Source: Pseudomonadota bacterium (GTDB lineage Bacteria > Myxococcota_A > UBA9042). Taken from it: a DNA stretch of 64,000 nucleotides. The position numbers and the translations under genes are program-made. Positions 46,623 to 55,565 of this stretch are shown here, in pieces. The notes under the pieces were generated by a model that saw only the letters and a list, made by a program, of their open reading frames with translations, was not told the origin of the DNA and did no database searches. The stretch lies in the NCBI GenBank assembly GCA_005792545.1, contig SXRM01000386.1, positions 934-64,933 on the forward strand, read 5' to 3'. Every line of letters starts with the position of its first letter. Positions within the stretch are counted from its first letter, which is position 1.

Positions 46623-47491
46623 GGCTGGACCGCAGCGAGGCCGCCGCAGGGCAACTGCGGGACCTGTTGCAAGTCTGGCAAAAGCAGCGAAGCCAAGGCC
46701 ACTTCGACCACCTCGACCGGGTCGCTCAGGCAATGTGTCAACACCCCAATCGGCACCGACGCCGTAAGCGCTGCGATGCGCTCCGCCGTTGCAGCTGCTG
46801 CGGCACCTCCGGCGTACCAGCAATGCGGCGCGATTTCCCCAACACATTGAGGCCAATTCGCCCGGTCCACATGCGTCCGGGACCGATCGGCAGCCAGTCG
46901 GACCATGGCGGCAAGGGGCGTCGCCCACGGCAAGTGCTCACCGCGAATTCGTATGGCGTTTTGCCGCCACGCCTGCCACTTGGACGGGTCAGGAGCGGAG
47001 GGCACCAGGTACACCAAGTCGTCGTGGAGTGCGCGATCAACGAACCGGCTTGCCAACGTCGACTTGCCCGCCCCGGAGACACCGCACACCACAAACACAC
47101 CCGACGACAGCGACAGCGCCGCACCGTGAACAAGCAGACCGCCGGCTTGTAACACGAGCGCCTGCAGCATCCACAATAGATTGCTACCGAACTCCCTTAG
47201 ACCACCGACCAAGTCAATCGGTTGCGACAAGGTCAGCGTGCCGGTGCCCTCGCGATGATCCCATTGGCCCCGCACTGACCCTATTCGCCAGCTGCAGTGG
47301 TGCGCGTCAAACTCGTCAAATTCAAGCGCGTCACCTGCCGCAAATTCCGTCGTCGTCACCTCAAGTTCCAGATCAAGGCGCTCGCCGGGTTCCGGCAGGC
47401 ACCACGGTCGCTGCAGGCCGCTCGTATTGACCGGCAGCCTCAGGCCAACGCGGAGCGGACCCAGGCGTACGGTCCGCTGCAACTGATCCAT
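46619..47491 (-). CDS. HPr kinase/phosphorylase-related P-loop kinase (HprK-related kinase, RiPP-cassette type)
   Basis: Walker A GVFVVCGVSGAGKSTLASRFV in a ~290-aa protein. It sits immediately upstream of and translationally coupled to the rSAM/SPASM gene. Confidence 0.7.
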   Translation of the reverse strand: MDQLQRTVRLGPLRVGLRLPVNTSGLQRPWCLPEPGERLDLELEVTTTEFAAGDALEFDEFDAHHCSWRIGSVRGQWDHREGTGTLTLSQPIDLVGGLREFGSNLLWMLQALVLQAGGLLVHGAALSLSSGVFVVCGVSGAGKSTLASRFVDRALHDDLVYLVPSAPDPSKWQAWRQNAIRIRGEHLPWATPLAAMVRLAADRSRTHVDRANWPQCVGEIAPHCWYAGGAAAAATAERIAALTASVPIGVLTHCLSDPVEVVEVALASLLLPDLQQVPQLPCGGLAAVQP

Positions 47492-47494
47492 GCA

Positions 47495-47659
47495 CTATTC
47501 CTGCAACGGGGCTTCTGGCGGACAGCCCGAAGCAAGCAAGGCGTTCAGCGCGGACTCCGCCGTCTGCACCGTCGGCGCGCTGTAGGGCTTGCGAGCGTGT
47601 TGGCGACCATCATCCGCCAGCGGATCCTCCGATGTCTGCCTGAAATTGATGTCGTCCAT
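47495..47659 (-). CDS. Small ORF (54 aa) preceded by a strong Shine-Dalgarno sequence; candidate RiPP precursor/leader peptide: MDDINFRQTSEDPLADDGRQHARKPYSAPTVQTAESALNALLASGCPPEAPLQE
   Basis: AAGGAGAA lies 7 nt upstream of the ATG at 47659. Codon usage is atypically low in GC3 (ATC AAT TTC AGG CAG ACA) for this genome. There is a single Cys near the C-terminus. It sits 4 nt upstream of the HprK-like gene and 38 nt downstream of the giant lipoprotein. Confidence 0.45.
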   Translation of the reverse strand: MDDINFRQTSEDPLADDGRQHARKPYSAPTVQTAESALNALLASGCPPEAPLQE

Positions 47660-47720
47660 GCGAGGTTCTCCTTGTTCACCCATTGCAGACCGCGGGTCGC
47701 ACCATTCGCGGCGGTCAGCC

Positions 47721-50700
47721 TCAATACACTACGACCAGGCTTCCGTCCAGCGAACCGATCACCAGATCGACCTGACCGTCACCATTGAAGTCGCCAACCG
47801 GAGCGTAGGCCGTGCCGCCCCAACCCGTATTGGTAGAAGTGCCCCAATTCAGCTTGCCCTTGTTGAACGGATCCTCGATCCAAAAGTCCTCGTACTGCAA
47901 GCTAACTTCAGCGGGAATGGCCGACGCAGGCCGGACCATACCCAGGCGAATGACCACCCGATTGGTGCCGCCTGCGCCAGTGAAAGTCGGGATGCCGTGC
48001 ACGACGTCGATGAACGGGCCACTTGACCCCTGACGGTCGGCAAAATTTCCAGCTTGCATTGGCACCCAGTGCCACTGCCGCACCACGTAGCCGCCCTCAG
48101 CCGAGTAGGTGTCCGTGGTGCCTGTCAGCAATGCACCCGGCGTCAGCGTAAAGTTGGTTCCCAACTTGCTCGCAAGGTACGAGCCGCGCACCCAGTAGAG
48201 CCCGCCGATGCCCGCCGACGACTGGTGCTGGAGCGCAAGGTCCGGAATGCCGTCGTTATCCATCTTGATGACGGACTGGTAGGAGCCGATTTGGTTGGAG
48301 CCCGTCGCTGAGGTGCCGCGTATGGCCACAGCGGTCGCGTCGCCCGTTTGATTGCCGGCGTAGCTCAGCAGGATTTGCACGTCTCCGCTGAGCGGCCGGC
48401 CCTTGACGACGTACGCCGACTGGCCGCCCGAGTGCAGCGATGTGAACAAGTCGTCGTACTGGGTCGGTCCGCTGTCGGCTAGCATGTTTCCGACGCCGAG
48501 CATTGAATTGCCCCAGGGCGACGCGATGTTCTGATCTACCAACCGAATGGTCGCCATGTTGTTGGCGGCCCGGTCAGCATCGGCGTCAATGCTGATGGTC
48601 TTGGGGCTTGCCGAATTCCAGGCGGCATTGCCCGGCAGGACCAGCACCCGATCGTAGGCGTACTTGGAAGTGGGCTTGGTGGTAATGGCGATGTCCGCCA
48701 ACGGCTTGCCATTCGCCGCGTCGCCATTGAAGTTGCCGATGATCTGGGCCTTCCAGACCCCGTAAGGGAAACCGCCCGCGATGTCCTTGACGGTCACGGC
48801 CGGCGTGTCCGTCATGGCCGCGCCTTTCTTGCCCAGGTACACCACGACCGAGCGCAAGACACTGGTGCCGGTGCCGACCGCAGCCACGAGATCATCGACG
48901 CCATCGCCGTTGACGTCGCCGCCCGACGAAACCGGCGCGCCCAGACCACCGGGATTGGTCAAGCAAACGTGGCTCGGATAGGCGCTCGACACCGACAGGT
49001 CGATGTCCGTCACGGTTGCCTGATTGCGACCGTACACGATGCACAGCGGTTCCGCAGCGCCGCCGCCAAGCGCAACGTCTCCCAACCCGTCACCGTTCAA
49101 ATCGCCAACTTTTTGCACCCGGGACCGCATGTCCGCTTTGTTGAACGTACCGCCCAAATTGATCTTTGCGTACCGCAGGGCCAGGCCTGTCGTCGACACG
49201 CTATTCGACACCGGCGAGAGGTTGCCGGCTGCGTCTTGGGCCTGAACCGCAAAGTGCCACGACGACGCCCCGTTGTCGGTCAGCGGAACGAATTTGCAGG
49301 GGTCTGGATTGGCATAGCTGTTTGGCCGAGGATCGGGGCCTTCCACAAAGATCTGTTGTGCGGTGCCTGCGGCGGCAGGTGAGGGAATGGTCGCTGCCGG
49401 CAGCTTGGCGGCGTCGCAGGCGGCGTCAAAGTCGGCTTGCTTGTCCATCGCCACCTTGCTGTAGCGCACCAGGTACTTGTCCGCTTTGCCTGTCGCGCCA
49501 TTGTCGCCAACTGCTGTTAGAGACAGCTTCGCCATTGGCCGCCGCGCGTTGAGATCCGCCGCCTGCAAAGCGGCAAGCACCGGCGCGGCAGGCGCGACCC
49601 AGTCTACTGTGACCACGATCTGTCCGGTCCCGACATTGCCTGCGGCGTCGGTCACCGTTGCAGTGACGGTGTTGCCCGCATCCTCCTGCAGCGTAGCGAA
49701 CTGCAAGTCGATGGTCGCGGGGTTGGCAGACAACACCACTGGAAGCGCATTTGGCTGCGAGACCGCTAGCGCCACAGTCGTTGCGCCCACAGTCCGTTCC
49801 AGCTTGGTCAGCTTGCCGCCACCGAGACCTGTGTCCGTCGCCTGAACCTGCAGGTGGAGTTGATGGCCGGCTTGACCATTGAGGTCCTTCAGTTTTCCTA
49901 CCAGGACCGGACCCGGCCCGGCGCTGGTCGGCACGCCAAGCACCGTACCCGCAACAAAGGCCACTTTGGGCGCGCTGAGATCGGCCTTGAGCGCGAGCGG
50001 TCCAGACGTGCCCTTGACGGCGCCACTTCCATCAAGCGCGATCGCCTCCAGGGTCGTGTTGTCGCCGTCGGTCACCGTCAGCGCAAAGGTAGCCGCTGTA
50101 CCCGTCGGCGGCTTCTTGCCGACCTCCGTGCTGCCCTTCTTAAGTTGGATGTTGGCAATCGTTCCGCAGGGTCCAAGCAAGTCCGCGGTCACGGTGGCAC
50201 TCAGACTCGCGCAGTCCTTGTTGGCCGTTGCGCAACTGGCGTTGTTGAAGGTTCCACCCGCAGGCAGGCCTTTGAGCGACACCAAGCACCCAGAGAGTTG
50301 AACTTTAAACCCGCGCGAAGCCGTCGCGGTGTTGCCATTGGCGTCCGTCACGGTTGCTCGCACCGAGTAATTGGGCGAAGCGCCAAATGGTATGGTGATG
50401 TGCGACCCGGGGCCGCTGGAGATTGTGGACGCCACGGCGGTTGCCGCTGCGACCTGCTTGAACGCGGTGCAATTGGCGAAAGCGGCGTCGCATCCCTCAC
50501 CGATTTCGATCTTGTAGCTTGCGGTGTCGCCGACGGAAACGGCCCACGCGACCTGATAGCCACCTGCCGACGATTCTGCGTCCTGGGTGTCGCCAAACGT
50601 CGCGCCCTGTGCTGGCGTCGTAAATGACACCGTCGGCGGAATGGTATCGACAGTCACTTTGGCGGGATTGGTCGCAACCGTGGCCACATTGCCACACAGG

Positions 50701-53700
50701 TCCCGAACATCGGCCTGCAGCGAGTGGTCGCCGTCGACTAACGTCTTGTACTTGGCATCGGTGAACGTCGTCGTTCCCGCCGTCAGTTTTTCCGTCCCCT
50801 TGGTCGTGGCGCCATCTTTGAGCGTGACGTCCTGTCCTTCTGCGTCGGCAGACTGCGACACGACAACCACGTCAAGGGACTGCCCAACGATGACCTTGCT
50901 GCTCGACGGCTGCGCGAACGCGCCGGTTGGCTTGAGCGTGTCGACGACAAACGGGCCGAGATTCAGCACCGTACTGGTGTTGCCCACGAGATCGGCGGCA
51001 GTCACTGCAACGGTCAAGGTTCCTTCGGTGCTTAAGGCAAGTACGGCTGAGGCCGACTTGCCTGCTGTTGCGGCGGTGGTGGCAAAGGCCCCTCCGCCCA
51101 CCACCGTAATCTGGCCCTCTTCGCTGCCGGTCACTGAGAAAGCAAAGGTGCCACCCGGCGCGCCCAGGTCATCTTTGGACTGGCTCAGGACGTTGAGGCA
51201 AGCCGCCTTGGCGCCCGGCGCCGCCGGCTCCGTGGCAGCTGCAATCGTCGGCGCCACCGTATCGACGAACACGGTGCGTTGCTTGACGCTCAAAGCCGTT
51301 GCGCCAGTAGACGAGGTGACCGGAATGTCAGGTGGAAAGCTGCCTTCAACGACGAGCACAAACTTGCCATCGCCCAGCGTCGCCGCGTTGAACTGCATGG
51401 TCAGCGACACCGGCAAGGTGCCCGCGTCGATCTGCTTGTAGCCGCTTGTCGCACAGTCTGGACCGCTCGCGCCCGAACCTGATGCACACAGCACCATCTT
51501 GCTGCCTGCCGGAAAGCCCGTCGTCGACGCTGTAACGGTGCGGTTGGCTGCCTTGCCCCAAGGCACAGCGCAGGTCCCACTGATGCACAAGTTGGCGCCG
51601 CAATTCGCGTGCGATGTGCAGGGCCCTTCCGAGACATTACTGGGACCGGTGATGCCAATCGATGCCTGCTTGGACTGCACCTGAATTGCGTAGGTCACCG
51701 TCGCGACGTTGCCGGCAAGATCCGTCACCGTAAACACGAGCTTGGTGTCGACCGAATCCTTCAGATCGACTTTGCCGAAGTCCGCCTTGCCGGTGTCGTT
51801 GGTTACTGCCCCAATCTTGGCTTGCAGCGTTGACTTCGCCCCCAACTGGTCCAGATCAAGCGTCACAGTTTGGCCGGCTTGGGCACCCTTGACCGCAACC
51901 GTCAGCACGATCTGCATACCGTCAGTGAACTTGTCGATGTCTTCCACGGCCACGAGCGTGAACTGAAGGTCAGCCTTGGCCGGGGATGCCAATGGCAGAA
52001 ACTTGGGCGCAACGCGGTCCACCGTCACGGTAATTTCTTGCGACAATGCCACTTGCAGTGCCGCGTCGGTCGCCTTGGCCGCCAATTTACAAGCGCTTTG
52101 GTCTTTGAGCGCGACCGCTGTGAAAGTCGCCTTGCCACCCAAAACACTCGCAGTCGCCTGTTTGGGCGGGTCTACGCCACAAGTCACGGTCAGCTCCGCC
52201 CCCGCGCCATCCTCCACATCGGTCACGGTGGCAACGACGTCGGTTACACAGTCTTGAGCGCCAGCCAGGCATTGTGCGCTGGTCGCGTTGAACACCGCCT
52301 TGTCCAGCGGCGCCGTGATGGCCACGGACGGCTTGGTCGACTTGAATGTCACGGTGACTTCGGGCGAAAAGCCCTTGTCTTTGTCGCCTGCGCCCACGGC
52401 TTTGGCCGCGAATAGCACCTTGGTTATCGGCTTGCCAGACAAGCCCGTCACCGTGAACTCGTAGATCCCAGGCGCAGTTTCGGTCACCGTAACGGCCTGG
52501 GTCGCGCCATCGACCAACACTTCGGTGGTCGCGCCCTTGACCGGTGCGCCGCCCACATTGGTGACCTGTGCGACGAATTTGAAGACGTCTGCCACCGTCG
52601 AGATCGCGGTGCTGGGCGGCGAGGTGAACTGGACGATCGGCGCCGCCGAAACCAGCGTCCCAACCCACGGCGCGGCGACCGTCTGATTGCCGACCTCGTC
52701 GTCGGCGGTGACTTGCACGGTGTTCAGACCCGGCTGAAGCGTGACGGCGGCGAACACCACTTTCTTGTCTGCCGCCGTGGTCAACTTGCAGTCCTTTTGG
52801 CCGGACGACGACTGCAGGCAAACCTTGACCGCATCCGCGATGTCGACCTGGACATCGACCTGATAACCCGGGGTTGCCGGCGCTGAGTCCGGATCGTCGA
52901 GCGTGGTCAGCGTGGCTTTGCTCGGCAGCGAGATCGTTGCCGTTGGGCCGGTCGTGTCTAGCGTCAACGTGCGGGTGGCGTCGCTGCACAGGCTCGCGGC
53001 CGCGTGGTTGCCAAAACCGTCGATGGCGTCCAGGTTGAAGGTGTACTCACCGTCCAACAACTTCTGGCCGGCCGGTTGCAAGTTGACGGAATTGGCGACG
53101 CCGCTGTCGGTGGCGGTGCCGACGGCGATCGGATCGAAGACGACCCCAGACGCCGACTTGAGCGAAAGCGTGACTGCGGCGCCTTGCAGGTTGGCGGCCG
53201 ACGCCACCAGAGCCAGCGTCGTCGAATTGGTCTTTGCTTTGTCGGCAGGCGATTGGACCTTAATGCACGGCGCAGGCAAAGCCACCACAAACGGCACCTC
53301 CGCCGAGACGGCGGCGTTCGGCGCGTTGTCGGTGGCGATACAAGCCACCTTGTTGCCGTAAACCTGGGCGTCGATGGCGACCGGCACCAGCAATGTTGCG
53401 CCAACCTTATAGTTCGCGGTGCCGACCGGTTGCTGGCCAAGCGGCGCGCCCAGCACGTTCTTGCGGCAGTACACCGCGATGTCGCTGTCAGCCGTGCCGC
53501 CGTTGATCGCGACCGTGACCTTGGCCTCATACACCAGCGCCGTCGCCGCGTTGCCGTCGTCCTTGGCGAGCCAGGTGCCATTGACCACCGGATCGGTGAT
53601 GGCGAGGCCTGCGACGTTGGCGAACACGGTATAGACGGCAGACGCCGAACCTGACAGGCCGCAAGAGTTCTTGGCGGTGATCTTTAGCGCGTAGGCCTTG

Positions 53701-54812
53701 GACTCCGGGAACGACCACGGCACCGCAAACGAACCGTCGGCTTGCACAGTGGTCGTGACGGTGGCGGTGCCTTCCATGGCCACTTCGACGGCGCCAATAT
53801 CCGCCGGAGTGAGCGTGGTGGCCTTGCCGCTGATGAGTACCTGAACGCCTGCAGCCACTGGATCGGTGTCATCGGTCAGCGTCAGTTGGCCCGGCAGGGG
53901 TGCGGTAATGGTCACCACCGGCGATTCGGTCGTGAGCGTCACCACCTGCACCGGCGACTCGCCCTCGGGACGGTTGCCGCCCGCGTCTTTGACTACCGCG
54001 GTCACCTTCGCGGATGCGCCAGTCAACCCTTTGGATTTGCTAGACAGCTTGACCTGCACTGGCACCGATTGACTGCCGGCCAGCGCGACTTCGGCGGACG
54101 TGACGCTGTTGCCCTCCGCGTCGGTTACCTTGAGGTAAGCGTGCGTGCAGTCGGCCGTGTCGGTCTTGACAGTGAAGGTGTACTGAAAGCCATCGGTTTG
54201 CGGATCGGCGTCGTCGGTCAAACAGGCCGGCGCAGCGACCAGCGCAGCCGAACAGGCATTGCCGCACTGGACCTGAACTGTTTTGCTGGCCTGGCCGACG
54301 GCGCCCGGCGCCACGGTCACGACGACGCCGAGCGTGGATGGCGCTGCCGCACACGGCACAGTGACTTTGTCGAAGCGCGCTGCGCCCTTGCTGATGACGC
54401 TCGGCTGGCCGACCGCCTGACCACCAACCGACAGCACGACCGACGCGCCGTCCGGTGCGTTGGTGGTCTGCACCACCACGTTGACCTGAATGCCGATCTC
54501 TGGAGCGAGGTCGTTCTTGGTGTCCAGGTTGGCCGTGTTGACCGTGCCCTCGAGCGCGTTACCGGTCTTGGTCTCGAGATAGAAGTTGACCGTCGGCGCC
54601 ACGGGTGGCACGTCCTGGTTGCCGACCTCGCCTCCGTCTACCTCTGCGCCGATGTCCGGACAGGCGCCGTCGCACTTCTGACCGACTACCGCAACGTCGT
54701 CGGTGCAGGCGTTGACGATCAAGGTGGCCGCGAGAACGGTCAGGCGAAGCGGACGCCACCATGCCAACACGGTAGACGCCAGGGGATTGCTCGGGGTGCC
54801 CAAACTGACCAT
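47721..54812 (-). CDS. Giant (2364 aa) extracellular lipoprotein with >15 tandem Ig-like/cadherin-like (Big) domains, a Cys-rich insert, and C-terminal FG-GAP/integrin-alpha-like beta-propeller repeats
   Basis: The start Met at 54812 gives MVSLGTPSNPLASTVLAWWRPLRLTVLAATLIVNAC, a lipobox. There are long runs of T/V/A-rich Ig-like repeats. FG-GAP calcium-binding loops include DLNGDGLGDVALGG, DVNGDGVDDLV, DNDGIPDLAL and DFNGDGQVDLVIGS. It ends ...SLVVVY. Confidence 0.85.
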   Translation of the reverse strand: MVSLGTPSNPLASTVLAWWRPLRLTVLAATLIVNACTDDVAVVGQKCDGACPDIGAEVDGGEVGNQDVPPVAPTVNFYLETKTGNALEGTVNTANLDTKNDLAPEIGIQVNVVVQTTNAPDGASVVLSVGGQAVGQPSVISKGAARFDKVTVPCAAAPSTLGVVVTVAPGAVGQASKTVQVQCGNACSAALVAAPACLTDDADPQTDGFQYTFTVKTDTADCTHAYLKVTDAEGNSVTSAEVALAGSQSVPVQVKLSSKSKGLTGASAKVTAVVKDAGGNRPEGESPVQVVTLTTESPVVTITAPLPGQLTLTDDTDPVAAGVQVLISGKATTLTPADIGAVEVAMEGTATVTTTVQADGSFAVPWSFPESKAYALKITAKNSCGLSGSASAVYTVFANVAGLAITDPVVNGTWLAKDDGNAATALVYEAKVTVAINGGTADSDIAVYCRKNVLGAPLGQQPVGTANYKVGATLLVPVAIDAQVYGNKVACIATDNAPNAAVSAEVPFVVALPAPCIKVQSPADKAKTNSTTLALVASAANLQGAAVTLSLKSASGVVFDPIAVGTATDSGVANSVNLQPAGQKLLDGEYTFNLDAIDGFGNHAAASLCSDATRTLTLDTTGPTATISLPSKATLTTLDDPDSAPATPGYQVDVQVDIADAVKVCLQSSSGQKDCKLTTAADKKVVFAAVTLQPGLNTVQVTADDEVGNQTVAAPWVGTLVSAAPIVQFTSPPSTAISTVADVFKFVAQVTNVGGAPVKGATTEVLVDGATQAVTVTETAPGIYEFTVTGLSGKPITKVLFAAKAVGAGDKDKGFSPEVTVTFKSTKPSVAITAPLDKAVFNATSAQCLAGAQDCVTDVVATVTDVEDGAGAELTVTCGVDPPKQATASVLGGKATFTAVALKDQSACKLAAKATDAALQVALSQEITVTVDRVAPKFLPLASPAKADLQFTLVAVEDIDKFTDGMQIVLTVAVKGAQAGQTVTLDLDQLGAKSTLQAKIGAVTNDTGKADFGKVDLKDSVDTKLVFTVTDLAGNVATVTYAIQVQSKQASIGITGPSNVSEGPCTSHANCGANLCISGTCAVPWGKAANRTVTASTTGFPAGSKMVLCASGSGASGPDCATSGYKQIDAGTLPVSLTMQFNAATLGDGKFVLVVEGSFPPDIPVTSSTGATALSVKQRTVFVDTVAPTIAAATEPAAPGAKAACLNVLSQSKDDLGAPGGTFAFSVTGSEEGQITVVGGGAFATTAATAGKSASAVLALSTEGTLTVAVTAADLVGNTSTVLNLGPFVVDTLKPTGAFAQPSSSKVIVGQSLDVVVVSQSADAEGQDVTLKDGATTKGTEKLTAGTTTFTDAKYKTLVDGDHSLQADVRDLCGNVATVATNPAKVTVDTIPPTVSFTTPAQGATFGDTQDAESSAGGYQVAWAVSVGDTASYKIEIGEGCDAAFANCTAFKQVAAATAVASTISSGPGSHITIPFGASPNYSVRATVTDANGNTATASRGFKVQLSGCLVSLKGLPAGGTFNNASCATANKDCASLSATVTADLLGPCGTIANIQLKKGSTEVGKKPPTGTAATFALTVTDGDNTTLEAIALDGSGAVKGTSGPLALKADLSAPKVAFVAGTVLGVPTSAGPGPVLVGKLKDLNGQAGHQLHLQVQATDTGLGGGKLTKLERTVGATTVALAVSQPNALPVVLSANPATIDLQFATLQEDAGNTVTATVTDAAGNVGTGQIVVTVDWVAPAAPVLAALQAADLNARRPMAKLSLTAVGDNGATGKADKYLVRYSKVAMDKQADFDAACDAAKLPAATIPSPAAAGTAQQIFVEGPDPRPNSYANPDPCKFVPLTDNGASSWHFAVQAQDAAGNLSPVSNSVSTTGLALRYAKINLGGTFNKADMRSRVQKVGDLNGDGLGDVALGGGAAEPLCIVYGRNQATVTDIDLSVSSAYPSHVCLTNPGGLGAPVSSGGDVNGDGVDDLVAAVGTGTSVLRSVVVYLGKKGAAMTDTPAVTVKDIAGGFPYGVWKAQIIGNFNGDAANGKPLADIAITTKPTSKYAYDRVLVLPGNAAWNSASPKTISIDADADRAANNMATIRLVDQNIASPWGNSMLGVGNMLADSGPTQYDDLFTSLHSGGQSAYVVKGRPLSGDVQILLSYAGNQTGDATAVAIRGTSATGSNQIGSYQSVIKMDNDGIPDLALQHQSSAGIGGLYWVRGSYLASKLGTNFTLTPGALLTGTTDTYSAEGGYVVRQWHWVPMQAGNFADRQGSSGPFIDVVHGIPTFTGAGGTNRVVIRLGMVRPASAIPAEVSLQYEDFWIEDPFNKGKLNWGTSTNTGWGGTAYAPVGDFNGDGQVDLVIGSLDGSLVVVY

Positions 54813-54862
54813 TGTCCTATCCTCCGGACCGAAAATTGACTTGAAGATCAAGCGGCTCGACA

Positions 54863-55231
54863 TCATAGCCGCCCGCCCGTGGGTTCGTTGGCGGTGGCGA
54901 TTTGCTTGGCCAGCAGCGTGTCGACAAACGTCGTCACATCCAGGCAGGCGGTCGCCGCATCGACCTGGTAGTCGCGCACGAGCAACTCTGCTAGTTCGCT
55001 GACCGTGGCTGGCGCCGCTGCGAGTCGCTTGATGAGGTCCACTGCCGTCGGGGCCGCGAGGCGGTGAAACGCCCGATCGCCGGTGATGACGAAGACCTCG
55101 CCACCGACGTTTCGCCACGCTGCGCGCGGGTGGATGCGGACGACGGCCGCCGCGGCCGCGGTGTTTGTCGGAGCGCCGGCGCCCAAGACATCGCGATCGG
55201 GATGGACCTGATCAGGTTGCGGCATCTGCAT
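54863..55231 (-). CDS. PqqD-family protein (RiPP recognition element-like)
   Basis: GEVFVITGDRAFHRLAAPTAVDLIKRLAAAPATVSELAELLVRDYQVDAATACLDVTTFVDTLLAKQIA matches the PqqD/RRE winged-helix pattern. The start is uncertain (ATGs at 55231 and 55225, or an upstream GTG). Confidence 0.6.
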   Translation of the reverse strand: MQMPQPDQVHPDRDVLGAGAPTNTAAAAAVVRIHPRAAWRNVGGEVFVITGDRAFHRLAAPTAVDLIKRLAAAPATVSELAELLVRDYQVDAATACLDVTTFVDTLLAKQIATANEPTGGRL

Positions 55232-55376
55232 ACTCGTTCGCGGTGCCCAAGTGGACACGGTAGCTGGGTTGGCCCGGCCGCTGCACGTCGCGCGGTGAGT
55301 TGCCGACAGCCCGATTCGGGGCCGCCACCCGGACAATTCTAGGTTGCACGGACAGCACGCGAAGTTGCGCCGCACA

Positions 55377-55458
55377 GTTACAGAATTTCACATCGACGGC
55401 GGTTACAGAATTTCACATCGACGGCGGTTACAGAATTTCCCATCGACGGCGGTTCGCG
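55377..55458. repeat. Tandem direct repeat, 25-bp unit x 3.3 (GTTACAGAATTTCACATCGACGGCG), intergenic upstream of the PqqD-like gene
   Basis: Copies at 55377-55401, 55402-55426 and 55427-55451 (one A->C mismatch), plus a partial fourth copy. The unit is much more AT-rich than the surrounding sequence. It lies between the tsaB stop and the PqqD-like start. Confidence 0.85.
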
Positions 55459-55565
55459 TCGCCTGGCCCCGTGCCGAGCGCAACGGAGCGTCGTTGTTGC
55501 CGATTGCGCCGTTGCTCCGCGCGCCCAACGGGCCCGCTCGCGGGCAAGATGCGGCAAGCGGCCCA

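Noticed and set aside
55377-55458. The 25-bp repeats as a CRISPR array
   Set aside because: The copies are directly abutting with no spacers, and there are no cas genes nearby. It is a tandem repeat or operator array, not CRISPR.
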